NCBI GenBank assembly: GCA_964016885.1 | Contig: OZ024743.1 | Location: 123,938,001 to 124,002,000 of the forward strand | Origin: Eledone cirrhosa | Taxonomy: Eukaryota | DNA length: 64,000 bases | Direction: 5' to 3' | Shown here: one piece after another, positions 27,521-41,911 of the stretch | Numbering within the stretch: the first letter of the stretch is position 1 | Layout: every line of letters starts with the position of its first letter | Made by a program: the position numbers and the translations under genes | Notes under the pieces: generated by a model | Databases searched by the model: none | Told to the model about the DNA's origin: nothing | What the model saw: the letters and a program-made list of their open reading frames with translations, nothing else

Positions 27521-29652
27521 TAGAGAGACAAACAACAGACAAAGAGAGGGAGAATTAAAATTCTATATTTAAACTTACACCTATATGAATTACTATTCAA
27601 TGTGTTGTGTTTAGGCAGATGTTATTTTAGATGCGCATTTGGATTTGAAAACCAGAACGAAGTACATTTTTATTGTTTGTATTACTTTTCTTTTTTTTTT
27701 TTGCCGACGTGCAACTTATGTGTGAAGAAGGTTCAGTTTGTACTTTTCTTAATGTGTACGCAAGCTTATATGTGTGTATATTATTGTATGTCTTCGTCTG
27801 TATATGTTAATATTTTTGCATGTATGTGTTTATGTGTATGTATGTGTATATATGTGTATGTATGTGCGTCTATGTGTATGTGCCTATGTGTGTGTGTGAG
27901 GGGGGGGGGTATGTATGTGTTTAAGGATAAATATTTATTTCACACACTAAAATGATATATACTCTCGATTGTTTGACATTTCGTGATCAACTGTATAGTT
28001 TACTCTCATTTCAAGGGGGTAGTAGTTGTGATTTTTATGTTTTTCTTTCGCGCTTTAGTAATGAGAAACATTATCTATCTTGATTGCTAATGCTTATGGA
28101 ACGAATTTGTTGATATGAAGAATGGTGGTGGTATATCATCCTATCGGTTGTTGTTATTGTTGTTGTTTAACCCTAACGCAGTCTGATTCCGCACACCTAT
28201 AGTCAAAGGGGCTGCAGTCGTTACTCTCCTATCATATTTTCAAGCACAGTTTATTGAGAGTGTTATCGAATGGTAGGAATAACATGATCGAAGTTTGAAT
28301 ATTATTTTTAACTGATCGAACAGCCTCCTGGAGAGTCCAACTTTAGCTTGTCTTAGTATGTGGTTCATGTTGTTTTATGGAAAAACCTATGAGTGGGTTA
28401 ACTTCACAACAACAAAAACTATTATGATTCAAACAGCAAAAAAATAAAGACAGTTGACCGACCGCTTCCTTTTTATACCGGTTTTCGTCGAAACCTCTGG
28501 CGTTCCCCATCCCCAAACTTTGATTTTCCTTCTCAAAATTGGAAGGAGTGCATCCTCATCCCGTCTGAAATACAAGCCCCGTGAGGTAGAGTGGCTGATG
28601 CAGCAGTAGTCGATAGCTGCTCTCCATGGCAATGCATTCGTTATTTTTTTACATCTTTTTTTATTGCAAACGATACAAACAGTATCACTTAGAGCAATAC
28701 AAGACAATAAGCTGACAATAGAAAACTAGAAATCATGCGCATGAAGTGTTCGCATATTTGCAGTCAACAACTTTAAAATAACAATTATAAATAAAACACC
28801 ACTGAGAATAGGCGACAAATTGGTAGAGTCATTATGGCTTTGTATTAAAAATGTCTCGTCATTTTTTCCAGCACTCTGTGTTCAAATCCCACCGTAATAA
28901 TATTATCCTTTTGAGATCTATAATTAAAGTAGCAGTCCACTACTGGGGTCGATTTTTCTTCTATATCTCTTTATTACTTTATCTCTATCTATCTCTGGAA
29001 GACATTCTCTGTGTTCCAGCATGAAGAGCGTTGGATTTTAAAATGTCCAAGACATGCCGTATGTCAAAAACTCCATCAACAATTAGGCACCTTTATCTTT
29101 ATTTTTTCATCAATGGGATACGACTTATTTATCAATGTTTGAATGAATAATCTCTTCTAAGGAGTCTATCACCTATTCTAAAATAGAATCATTCCTACTT
29201 TCCAATAGATTGTGTGCAAGGCCTATCAGGGGAAAGGGTAGCTATATCGGTTCAAGTCCTACATAGCCAAGGATGAGCCGTTGAACATCTGACTCGCAGT
29301 ACCCACCATTCACCAACAAAAATCCTTCTCAGCTCACTTGAATGTTGACTGGAGCTACCCCACCCCTCAGATCTCGAAAGCAGTCTTGTTCCGCCTTGAA
29401 ATATTTTCTCTTGAAGGCTGTGCTTGCCTGTTAATGAGGCGAGAGAATATATTAGTTTTCCATTACGAAGTTTTCAGTGTAATCTCAGAAGTCGTTAGCT
29501 ATGAATGTTTATTTTACGTTTCTATATTAGCTAGTCGTGATCTATAAAGATTTATTTCATACATGCTGTTGTTGTTTGGACCTTGATCAACTTTGACGGA
29601 GATGACCTAAGATCAATAGTGCATCACCAGCTCGACATTTTAGTCTTAAAAG

Positions 29653-29808
<156 letters not shown>

Positions 29809-29938
29809 ATCTCACTCTTTTTCTCAGTCTCATTCTCTCTACATTGGTATTTTACCAATTGATATATATATGTGTGTGTGTGTGTGAGTGTATGTGTGCA
29901 TGTGTATACACACATACATACATACACGCACACATGCA

Positions 29939-29997
<59 letters not shown>

Positions 29998-30606
29998 GTG
30001 TGTGTGAGTGTATGTGTCCATGTGTATACACGCATACATACACGCACACATACATTCATATACATATATATATATATGTGTGTGTGTGTGTGTAGTGTAT
30101 AGTGTAGGTGATTCAGTGAATTACTGGTGTTGGTACTAAAGCAAGACACTCTATGCACAGGTTGAGTGTATATATTAGAAAAACAAATCGAAAAAAAATA
30201 TCATATTACAGCCATCTCGCAACGGAAGTACGTATCAAAGCTATCGCGTAGTTTAAGATATAAAATCTAACCTCCGTGTTGTCTTATTGATGGCTTCAAC
30301 CCCGTCATACAATTCCATATCAAGACTGATAAATGATCTCGACTGCTTTCTCTTTCCGTACTGCACTATGGTTTTCTTAATCACAGCACTTGCTGCCAAT
30401 TGGGAAACACCCTATAACACACACAGACACACACACACACACACACATACACACACGCATATATATAAATATCCTGGTGATTTCTTTCAAATGAAACAGT
30501 TCTAGTCCTGTAGAGGCCGTGTGTGTATAAAGAGAAAGAGTGAGAGATTCGGAAACATAAATGTACCTTACTTACTGTGGTTACCTCCGATTCAACCCGG
30601 AATAAC

Positions 30607-30657
<51 letters not shown>

Positions 30658-30851
30658 AAGGAAGTGTGGTAAGGAACCAGGTGGACCATAACGCACCAGA
30701 GTACTCAATACTTAGGGTAGTAGAGTGGGTAATAGTAAAAAGTTCAAGACCCCGACGGCAGAGCTCAAGCCGTTTCGACAGCCATTTCTGCACTCCAGAA
30801 ATAACCATCGAAACGGCTTGAGCTCTGCCGTCGGGGTCTTGAACTTTTTCC

Positions 30852-30882
<31 letters not shown>

Positions 30883-30962
30883 TAAAATAACATTAAAGTT
30901 TAAGCAAAGAATCACCATTAAGGGTGAAAGCTGCGATTCTTTGCTTAAACTTTAATCTGTTA

Positions 30963-31001
<39 letters not shown>

Positions 31002-31356
31002 CGAAGGAGATGTGGTAAGGAACCAGATGGACCACAACGCACCAGAGTACTCAATGCTTAGGGTAGTAGAGTGGGTAATAGGAAAATGTTTAACCCCGAC
31101 GGCAGAGCTCAAGCCCTTTCGACGAGTTCAGAAATAGCGGTCGAAATGGCTTGAGCTCTGCCGTCGGGGTTAAACATTTTCCTATTACCCACTCTACTAC
31201 CCTCAGTGTTGAGTACTCTGGTGCGTTGTGGTCCATCTGGTTCCTTACCACACTTCCTTCGTTATCTAGCTCCTACCTCCGTAGTAGAGCACTTTCAGAC
31301 CCTACCACTGCATATCCTGACTTTTCCACCCAACTCAAGTTTCATTACCCACACCA

Positions 31357-31630
31357 TGCGAAAACACACTATCGACTTCTCCACCAAGAACATCCCAGTT
31401 CCACCGAGAAAACTTTACCTTCGGGTGGTCTCCAAAAAATCGACCTGTTTGCGAAAAGACTGAGATGGAGAACTTTTTTCTACGATAGATACCGCGACAA
31501 TCAGGACTTCGACACCAAGGAGAGATTCGGATTCAATACTTACAAATTTCCCCCTCCGAACCCTATGCTCTCACCCTTCGAGTACGACCTCTTCCACCTG
31601 GTCAAGAGTATAAAATTCAAACCCAGACAA
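31357..31630 (+). pseudogene. N-terminal fragment of a Naiad-type PLE ORF (one frameshift), downstream of a family E pLTR
   Basis: MRKHTIDFSTKNIPVP, then IDLFAKRLRWRTFF..ERFGFNTYKFPPP..FEYDLFHLVKSIKF, resembling the conserved SxKNIP / KRxRWK / FGF / FExDL PLE N-terminus. Confidence 0.75.
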
Positions 31631-31703
31631 TCCAGAAATAGCCTTCGAAACGGCTTGAACTCTGCCGTCGGGGTTAAACATTTTCCTATATATATATATA
31701 TAT

Positions 31704-31851
31704 ATTATTTCTGAAGACGGCGTATATATGTGTTGGTATGTATATTTAATCTTGATAGTTTGTATAATTTTGTATAATTTTGTATATAGATCTGTTGAAT
31801 ATGCATGCCAATTCTAACACATATATATCCTAGAAACGATCGTTAAATAAT
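31704..31851 (+). ncRNA. Type I hammerhead ribozyme with ~115-nt extended stem II
   Basis: attattt CTGAAGA .. tatatatgtgttgg/ctaacacatatata .. GAAAC gatc GTT aaataat; 7-bp stem I; palindromic stem III aacgatcgtt. Confidence 0.8.
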
Positions 31852-32047
31852 GAACTTTTTTTGTTTAATATAAGGAACTGTTTCATTGTTTATTCATTAT
31901 TTGTTTAATATTTTATCTTGACTCTGTATACCGTTTATCTTTCACCGAAAGTGATTTTTCATTACATCTCTTCTTTCCATGATATCCGGAATACATTAAG
32001 TTCTTCATACGGATTGGACACTACCGTAAACTCTTGGTAGATTTATC

Positions 32048-32097
<50 letters not shown>

Positions 32098-32974
32098 TAC
32101 ACACACAGACATATATGTGTGTTTGTGTGTATGTGTGTGTGTGTGTGTGCACGCGTGTTTATATGTGTGCACGTGTATGTATACAATAACGCAAGCCAGG
32201 GTGGTAAAGAATGCGAATGTATATTTATACGAGAAAGTGTTAAGACGGGAGAGCTAGATATGCAAGATGCTAAACTGTTTTTAAAGAAAGGTTTTTAACA
32301 ATAAGTACACTCCTCTCCACCTGTTTATATTTAGTTATGACTTTGTTAATCATGAGACTAGCTTTACTCTTGTATATTATTGTCTATTAGTCTTCCAGCT
32401 GTACCTCTCTTTCCGTCCTTCTATATTTTCGCATGTAGTTGCTATCTATTTACTACACTACACCACTTTACATTTGTACGATAGATCAATATCTATATAA
32501 TTTTGTTTGTACTTATACACACATGGTTAATAGATGAATTGATAAGAATATAATGCTATTTACTCAAGTGAAAAGTTTGTGGCCGACGAATCAGGAAATA
32601 CGAAAAGGTGTATTGTTTAAAATTGGGAGGACGATGTTAATGTTTCGTTGTTTTGTTGTTTCTTAGTTGTACTTTCTTTTATGCTTATACGTTTTAAATT
32701 ACAATATGACTCAGGCGTTTAAAACTACTTCTATTTATTTGTTAAGTTTTTTGAAACACCCTATTTTGTCACGCGTTAGCTTATTAAATATTCTTGAAGG
32801 GAAAAATCTACTTTGTCGGTTTTATTTAATTTTTTTTTAATTTTTAGCAAAGTTAAAAGAGAAAATATAAAAAAATAATTGTTCTTAATTTTTTCACTTG
32901 CAAAGAAGCAAAAAAATAAAAGATACTACTACTACTACTACTACTAATAATAATAATAATAATAATAATGATGA

Positions 32975-35900
32975 TTTCATTTATTGGCCACAAGGGCCGA
33001 CATATAGGGGGCAATACAAAAGACTGGGACAGTGGGGTTTTACAGAAAAATCGAGTAAACAATATGAATAAACAAAGTAACAATAACCAAGTAACAATAA
33101 AGTAACAATAAAATTACAACAAGAAAAAATTCCCCAATAGGGGGGATGACCACCTAGGGTTCGCTCAGGTACCCCACCAGTCCTGAACGACCCGACGCTT
33201 CGAGAGCACCCTGGAAGGGCACCCCTCTCCTCCTCAAATTTACCTACCTACAGTCACATGAATAGAGTAGGCCCACTCACACGGGCCATTCTCGCCACAT
33301 TCACCCACCTTTCAGCAAATGTACTGGGAGGCAGCACTTCTCTCTCCACCCTCACCTTCCTTTCCAAGTGAAACTTGAAAAAGTTGATGAGGGATTGGCC
33401 GAAGAGAAAAGTGCCTGTCTTCAGTCCTTTCAACCGCGCCCACCATACAACCTCTTTCGCTACTGCCACCAGACAGAGGAAAATTGCCTGACCTTCCTGG
33501 CCAAAGGAAGGCGGCGGATCGGTCTTCACTATGGACTCGGCCGATAGCCGGCTCCGTTCTACACGCGACAACAGCTGTTCAACATAACTCCACAAGTCAG
33601 TAATGCACGGACACTGGACGAGAGCGTGCAGAACGGTTTCGTCGCTCTGCGCGCATCATGGGCAGGTCCGTCTGACAGCACTTCCGTGCCTGTAGAGTTT
33701 ATCTCGAACCGGCAGTGCCCCCCGGTAGCACTGCCAAGCGAGGGATTTTTGGAAATTATCCATCGTCCCCGGCTCGAAAGTCCTCCGGTAGAGACTGGTT
33801 AGTTCGACTTCGTTGATTCCCAGATCCTCTCTGAGTGCGTCGTCGCACTTGCCCACCACTAATCCTCTATAGAACTCGAGAGTGGAAGTTCCACTGACCG
33901 CATTGCCCGCCTGGTAGAGGGCAGTGAGGTACTGGCAACATTCCAGATGCCAGTCACCCAGTCTCGGTCTCTTCTTGACCCAGGACTGCAACTCAGTCAA
34001 AGAAACGAGCTGCGGAAACGCCCGTCTGACAAACGGCGACCACACCTGTTCACCGTTTAGGCAGAATATCTGGAGATGCCGCAGCCTCAGCGCGTGCCTG
34101 CGCATCATTAGCCACGGCATGCCCAGCCCTCCACGTAGACGGTGCTGGCAGCAGATGGACCGCCTCACCAGCGGAACCTGACCCCTCCACAAGAATTTGA
34201 AGAGGAGCCGCTCCAAGATGGCGAGGCGCGAACGGGGGCAAGGGACGACAGTCAGACGGTAGTAGATGACGGACGCGATGTACGCGTTCGCCACCTCCGC
34301 CCGACCTTTCAGTGATAGCTTCATCCCAGCCCATTTCTGGGTGAGACTGATTACCCTGCCCGTCACCCTCGTCCCAATTCTTATCCACCTGGATGTCTGG
34401 CCCGACCCAAACCCCTAGCAACTTTACCAGTCCGTCCGTCCACCGCCTAACGACGCTGTTGGACGGCATGGACTTGCCTCTCCAGGTGCCGAGTTGCAAG
34501 CGTACTGACTTTTCCGGGTTAAGTTTTGCTCCCGTCAACCTTTCATATTCCTCCAATAAGTTGCCGACCACCTCGATTTCTGAGGTGTCCGACACCATCA
34601 CGGTGATGTCGTCCGCATAAGCCGACACAGCCTTTCCGCATCCCGGTTCAGGCGGGATGCCCTGCAACAGCTCCAGCTTCCGCAGTAAAGGCTCGAGAGT
34701 CAATACGTACAGAAGGGAGGAGAGAGGGCACCCTTGACGGACCGATAGGGAGACCTGAAACGGTTCCGATAGGTGGCCATTAATTTTGACCATCGAGCAG
34801 GTGCCGCTCTGCATTGCAGCGATCCAGCTTCTGAAGACGGAGCCGAAGACAGCCGCCTTGATGACAGCCTCCAGGTACCGATGGTCGACCCTATCGAATG
34901 CTTTCGATTGATCTAAATTGATCAGAGCCCCACCGAAGCCAGGTTTACACCCTACCCTCTCTATGATGTATCGCATTAGGTGGTGGTTGTCGTGTATGGA
35001 CCTGGTTGGGATTGCGCAAGTTTGCGCCTCCCCAACCAAATCCCCGACGACAAGCGTCAACCTCTTCGCTAACACCCTGGCCAAAATCTTAAACTCTGTG
35101 TTGAACAGAGTAATTGGCCTGAAATTGTCTAATGTGTCCCTCTTGTTCTCGTCTTTCCTTATCAGCGTCACTACGCCCCGGCTCACAGAACTGGGAATAC
35201 TCCAGTTTTGCTGCCAGTTGCAGTAGAGGGCTTCGAGGAGATTGGAGAACAAGTCTGGCATATTTACGTAAAGCTCGTAGGGAAGACCATCCAAACCGGG
35301 TGACTTGCGCCTCATGTAGCCTACAAGGGCATCCTGAATCTCGGCTGAAGTAATTGGCCTTTCGCAACGCCCAGCGTCAGCCGTCGAGAGTTGCGGCAAG
35401 CCATCGAGGTAGGGACTGAAGTCCGCCACCATCTCTGACCCACCACTTCCCCCGAACAACCGAGCAAAATATTGGCGAAAGGCCTCACACATCCTCTTGG
35501 AATCGCTCAGCTCGTGCCCGTCTCGGTCCGTCAAAGACCGAATCATGGTTTTATTACCACGCTGCGCCTCTGCCACGTGGGCCCATCGAACAGCTTTGGT
35601 TACCTCGTTTCTCAGAGCACGCGCCTTAGCTCTGACAATGCAACCTTCGTGTTTCGCATTGAAGAAATGGTCTAATGCCATTCTCGCCGCTAGCACATCA
35701 GTTGCAATGCCACTACCAATAGCCTCGTCTAACTTATCTACCAACTCCCCTTCCTTTCTATTTTTCTCTAATGCTACTTCTTTGCTAAATCCTATCGACA
35801 TTACTCTAATCTCTCTTTTGAGAGCCCCCCACCATCTATTGTTGACGACTCCCCCTGTCAACTTTTTCTTAACTAAATTGTTGCCCTGGTCCCTGTAAGC

Positions 35901-36490
35901 CTTACGTGCCGGAAATGACATGTTTAGCTTCCAGTAACCAGGTCCTAACCTACGCGTCTTATCTAGGTCGACCATACAGATCACAAACTTGTGATCTGAA
36001 TAGGCGACCGTTTCAAAACGTGGACAGCTTACACTATTTCTGTCTATTTTCCTAATGAATATCCTGTCTATATACGATCTAGATGACCCTATGCGGTTAG
36101 CCCAGGTCCACACTGGTGCATTAGGGAAATCTAGTCGGTACCTGTCAGACAGTTGGAACTGGCTGATCAGGTTCTTGAGGCTTTTGCACCCCCCGCTCCT
36201 ATCGGATACTCCCACACAGTCCCAGCGTGCGTCTAAGATGCCGTTCCAGTCCCCCGCTAACAGTAAAGGGCGAGACGTACAAAGAAAGGCTTCCGGGCGT
36301 CTAAAGAAGTACGGCCGTCCTGCCCCAGTAGGAGCATAGACGGCCACCAGTCTAAAGGCACCACCTTCATTATTGTTCACGTCCAGGACCACCAACTTCC
36401 CGTCCGGGTCCTGGAAGATCGACCTTACCTCGAGATCTAGGCCTTTCCTAAACAGCACTGCCACCCCGCCTCCCATTCCCGGCCGGCTAA
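32975..36490 (-). mobile_element. Tx1/L1-clade LINE ORF2 (APE endonuclease, RT, C-terminal CCHC finger) with 3' UTR; one frameshift and one stop
   Basis: GGVAVL, VYAP, GDWN, SDH, WKLN, KSPGLDG, NFRPITL, DQSKAFD, VRQGCPLS, YADD, GGLGMP and CPxC..ETVLHALVQC motifs; trinucleotide tail at ~32925-32972. Confidence 0.95.
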
Positions 36491-36714
36491 CAGATGCAAA
36501 GATTTAAAAATTTCCCCCTCTTTTTGTATATTTTCACTTCGTGCTACGAGGGCCATCAGTTCCTTGTTGGCCCTCCTGACGAGCACGAAGTTTTGTATGT
36601 TTTGTTGGTGTGATTTTATTTGTTTGCGTGGCTGTGGTGGTGATGGTTTTGGTGGTGTTGTTTCGGTTGTATCTGTGTTTGTTGTAAGTGCGGTGTCTGT
36701 GGTTTCAGAGTGCG

Positions 36715-37255
36715 GTGTCTATGGTTTATCGCATGAGATGGAGGTTGTCGTGGATGGATCTGTCCGGGATGGCGCATGTCTGCGCCTCTCCCACCAGATC
36801 ACCGACGACAAGCGCCAATCTATTTGCTAACACCGTGACAACAACTGTTTGACATAACTCCACAAGTCATTAATGCTCGAACACTGGACGAGTGCATGCA
36901 GAACGGTTTCGACGCTCTGTGCGCATCTCGAGCAGGGCCGTCTGACAGCACTTCCGTGCCTATAGAGTCTATGTCGAATTGACAGTGCCCCCACTCCCCG
37001 GTAGCACTGATAAGCGATGGCTCGCTGTAAGTTATCCATAGTCCCCGGCTCGAATGTTCTCTGGAGCAGACTGGTCAGTTCGACTTCGTCGACGCACTAA
37101 GCTTCTCCGAGTGCGTTGTCGCACTTGCCCACCACTAATCCTCTATAGAACTCGAAAGTGGAAGTTCCACTGATCACATTGCTCGCCTGGTAGAAGGCAG
37201 TGAACGCCTGGCAACATTCCAGATACCAAGCACCCAGTCTCGGTCTCTTCTTGAT
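36715..37255 (-). mobile_element. Rearranged fragments of a related Tx1/L1-clade LINE
   Basis: 36830-37255 parallels 33560-33975; 36715-36830 parallels the RT segment LVVGDLVGEAQTCAIP. Confidence 0.88.
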
Positions 37256-40203
37256 TAAGAATTTGTCCAGAGTATTGGCAGATGTTTGGTGCAGAAGTTC
37301 AGTTTGCTTCTTTACCCAGCCTTCCTTTATAAAAGCTTGACATACTGTACCTTAAGCTTTTCCCTGGCGAATAGTGATGTTATCTCCGTACTCTCTGCTT
37401 TTAGCAATGCGAAGGTAAGCAATGTATTTCTTTTCTTATCTTAATGAAAGACTACGACATAGTGACGCCCTTCTTGGTTACAAAACTCTGACAAGAGCGT
37501 TTTATTTTCTCGGTTTCTTAGTTAATGTTCAGAATTTGACTGTTACTGGCAGTGAAAGCGAAGCTAAAACTTCTGTCTCGTTATCTGCTTTCTTTGTCAA
37601 CTAATATGTATGTATGTGCATGTGAGTATTTTTGTTATTGGTGTTGTTGTTTATGTCGAGCGAATTCCAGTTTCCTGATATTAAACTGTCCGTGCATGAT
37701 AGTTAATCTATTTGTTTTATTGTTACTATATGCATATAACATTTTTTTAAATTCTGTTAATCTTTGTTTTAATTCGTATTTATTTATTCGGAAATCAAAT
37801 TACTGCTTTATTTTAAAGAGGTGTATCCAGTATTGCTACTTCTATCATTACTATCTTTTATTTCGCTACTAGTGTTGGCATTTGTAAAATAATCTAAAAA
37901 AGAATAATTTTTATTTCGTAAAACTTAAGAATCCAAAATTTAGCTTTGTTGACGTCGTGAAAAATGAAATTCAATGTAAAGAAATTAATATTGTTCTTGA
38001 GGAAATTGGTGACGTGAGTGGAATAAAACCGAAACTGCGTCATGGACTCAGTTCGCGAAACTACTGTTGCCGGTCATTTCTCAGATTTCAATCTGTATAT
38101 TTACAAGGGTTAACTACTGATATGATTGAAAGCAATGATACAACACTTTTCATTCATAAAATAAACCCTTCAGATTAATGTTGGCACATTTAGTCTCTAT
38201 TCAGAGTGGTAATGCATCTGTCGACCAGGTACTTGCATTCACTGAAACGAAAACTTCTATATTACTGTGGAAGATAAATAATGTTGAAAGGAAAGTAACT
38301 GCTTTGATTGTGAAATGTTGAAGATTTTAGAAGCCATTGCGGTTTGACTTGATAGTAGGCATTAGTGATTAATGACTTTCTTATCTTGCTAAGCATCTAT
38401 GATAGCTCCCGGCTGTGTATAACCAGACCAAGAGCAGAATGACTAAGCATCATCGATCAGCCAACCAATTAAAACTAAAATACTTCTAAGCTACTGTTAA
38501 TTTGTTTTCTTGTTGGATTCGTTTCTGCTTTCTCTCGTTAATTTCCCGTTCTTAGTTCCTGTTGCTTTCTTTACTTGTTTGACGACGGAGTCTGTCAGTA
38601 ATTGTACAGATGTGATAATTAGTGCCAATATATCATTTATTGATCTTTTACTATCAGTAATAGTGACTTTGTAGTAATTACTTCCACCGATGAATGCTTT
38701 GTCTTGTGTTATTTTCTAAAAGGAATTACCAAGGCACCGTTATTCTAAACAGCAGCCGCTACATCTTTAAGAATATCTACGAAGATAAAACAACTGATCG
38801 CCTTAAACAGATAACATTCAACGAAATAGTAAACAGAGTTATCAATCGTAGGAGAACAATTATGTAGAAACTATTTAGTTGGAAGAAATTTAGAAAAATA
38901 CTCTAATCTCATGATTGTATTTCCATGTGCTCTTGATAGTCTAATCGATGGTCTCTTTAGAATTTTAACAATGAATGCTACTTTAAAACTAGAGCTCTTT
39001 AACAAATGTCGCATATAACTGTTCCCAAACAGCTTATGTTTTCTTGAAATAAGGTCAATCTTCTTTTAAACAGTATTGAGACCCAGTAAGTGAGAAGGCT
39101 TGTTCTGTTTTAGAAAAGTGACGAAACAGTTATTATCAAGAAAATATCTATAGATACATTCTAGAAACATCATGTGGAGAAATGTTCTGAAGATAAACAA
39201 CTGACATACAAGCGAGTCTATAGGTGAGTGTTATGTGGTTGTTAAAAATAACAGCCAAATAACATCGAGATAACACCCTACCACCTTCACAGTATACAAT
39301 ACGTAAGAAATGAAGGCCTTGGTTGAAATAATTTTGTTAAAATGTCTGTTTGATCTGGACCAGTTTGGGACAAAAAATACAAAGTATAATTTGAGTAAAT
39401 GAATTTGAGTAAATGAATTTGCACCGGAAGAAGCTGACATTTCTTTAGACAACCATGAAGGATTCAAGATCTTATTCAAATAAAAAAGAAAGATATTTGT
39501 TTTACTCATTACTATCCAAATAAGTATTAATTTCTTACTCAGAAACTATTTATTTTATCAACCTCAAAGTAATTGTGTGCTTACAAGATTTGGTCAGAGG
39601 AAGCATATCGTTCGCCATTGCTTATTGACACGGTAGTAATTAGGCCACCATATAGAAATGTTTGTAAAGAAAAATTGAGACCCTTGAGAAAAGAGATTAA
39701 TTGATAATTAAATTTTAATAAGCTTAGCATGAAATATAAAGGTGGGTTTGATTATTTATGATGTTTTCAATATCAATAAACAAAGGTGAAATGTGATGAG
39801 TATGAAAAAATATTAAGGTTAGCTAACGTTATTCTTTAACCGAGCAATTAGGGTAGATAATTCCAAACGTTTCTGTGTAATTAAACTTCGCTAGCGGCAA
39901 TATATACTTCAACTTTGTATACATGCATTGTAATAATTGTTTCTATTACTTTTTTCGCTCTACATGGTTGAATACAATAAATGTAATCTGAGCTTTTCGA
40001 ATATTAATAATTGTTTCTACTTTTGGCACAAGGCCAGCAATTATCCCAGTGCCTTACTGGTACTTTATTTTATCGACCCCGTAAGGATGAAAGACAAAGT
40101 TAACCTCGGCAGGATTTGAACTCAGACCATAAAGGGACGTAATTCTATGCTGCAAAGCATGGCGTCCGATCCTCTACTGATACTGCCAACAGACATACGT
40201 ATA

Positions 40204-41911
40204 TCTATACTAATAAAGCTGACAGCCGTATGTATGTAACAAACTTTTCGCCAAACGGCTGAACCAAACAGCACCAAATTTTCACCATAGATGTAACTTT
40301 TTTAACACTTCCGGTTATACGACATTCCTCTCTCTTTCTTAGTCTGTCTTTTTAGATAGATACATAGCTATAACGTCGCGCCCTTATAATATGTCTCTAT
40401 GTCTGGCTGTCTGCATTATGAAAACCATTCATTGACTTCGCTATCTGTGTGTGGGTGTGGGTGTATGTATATATAGTGTGTGTATATATATATAGTGGTA
40501 GAACACTGGAAGGTAATATCCGTAGTGGTAGAGCACTCAGTTCAAGGGACGAGTTAGGTGGTAGAAGCGGTTACACAACAGTTAGTTCACCATACCGAGA
40601 ACCATTGTTTCACCTTAGCAGATCCTCAGCTCGTAATGGACAAGGTTATACTGAACAGGAAGGACAACCGTACGAACGCGCATGCGCAGAAACGGTCACT
40701 TCACTCAGGCAATACTAAATTGCGTGCGAAAGGTGTAAGGGAGATAACTGCGAAAGTCCGAAATTTTCTAGTTGATAAGAAAATTAGGATGTTGTTGTAA
40801 TTCAATCCGGAGCTTTGTAGTTATGTAAGAGGTGTTTCCAGACGTGTGAACAACGTGTGAAGAATTCATTTCTTCAGTTTAGGCAATCGCTATTGCGTAA
40901 TCTCTTTAGAATATTTATTCGTTCATCAATACATAGTCCACACGACGGATTGCCCCTTGCGTGATGGCTTTCCATTGAATGTAGTAGTCTATACTTGAGT
41001 CCTTGAGGGACAATACGTGGCTCGCGAGTTTCATGGATGAACGTCTGTCCGGGTACCTAAAGGTCGACTGGTGGTTCAGGAAGCGTTCCTTAAAACGGTC
41101 CGCCACCATACCCACATAGGATTTGACCTCCTGTTGTTGATTTGGTCGGTTGGAAGTGACCACAGCTTCATAAACTACAGCGGGTGTGTTGCATTTCTCT
41201 TGAAGGGGGCAAGCTTCGGGCTTACGGCAAGAGGTCTCTGGTGTTAGTATCATAAATAAGAGACAGTTTAATTTGTACATTTTATTACAGCGTTCCTTTG
41301 TACGTATATATACATACATAAACAAGTTATTTACAGTTGTATAAAAAAGAAGTTTATTTTTGGCACAAGGCCAGCAATTATCCCAGTACATTATTGGTAC
41401 TTTATTATATATAATATATATAATACGACATTCCTCTCTCTTTCTTACTCTGTCTTTTTAGATAGATATATAGCTATAACGTCGCGCGGTTATAATATCT
41501 GTCTGTATGTCTGCCTGTCTGCATTGACTTCGCTTCTAACCAACTTTTAATTATATATATAATTATATATTCGTGTACATATTTTCAACAGTAATACTGT
41601 GCTAAACGATATGTACATATTTTCAACAGTAATACTATGCTAAACTATATGTATTCAACAGTCATACTATACTATACTGTATATTTTCAACAGTAATGCT
41701 ATACTATACTATATATTTTCAACAGTAATACTATACTATATGTTTTCAGCAGTCATACTATACTATATATTTTCAACAGTAATACTATACTATACAGACG
41801 GCTTATCGTCTGTTTATAGAAGCGAAGCTAAATACATCAGCTATATATATATATATATGGATGCCGTAGAACCCACCAATGGTAGCCGGGCGCCAGTCGG
41901 ACGGGCCAGTT

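Noticed and set aside
28429-29520. Higher-GC segments that might be coding
   Set aside because: No identifiable motif or splice-consistent frame; left unannotated.
33656-33658. TGA inside the Tx1 zinc finger (CP*C) as a recoding site
   Set aside because: The sister fragment encodes Arg at this position (CSRC); this is an ordinary nonsense mutation.
36536-36591. Hairpin as a SECIS element
   Set aside because: It lacks a clear AUGA/GA core with apical AA and is not downstream of a UGA-containing ORF.
37260-39800. Non-repetitive-looking stretch with a GAAG/GTAAGC donor-like site as host exons
   Set aside because: No sustained ORF or recognisable protein motif; it could be a decayed transposon and cannot be called without a search.
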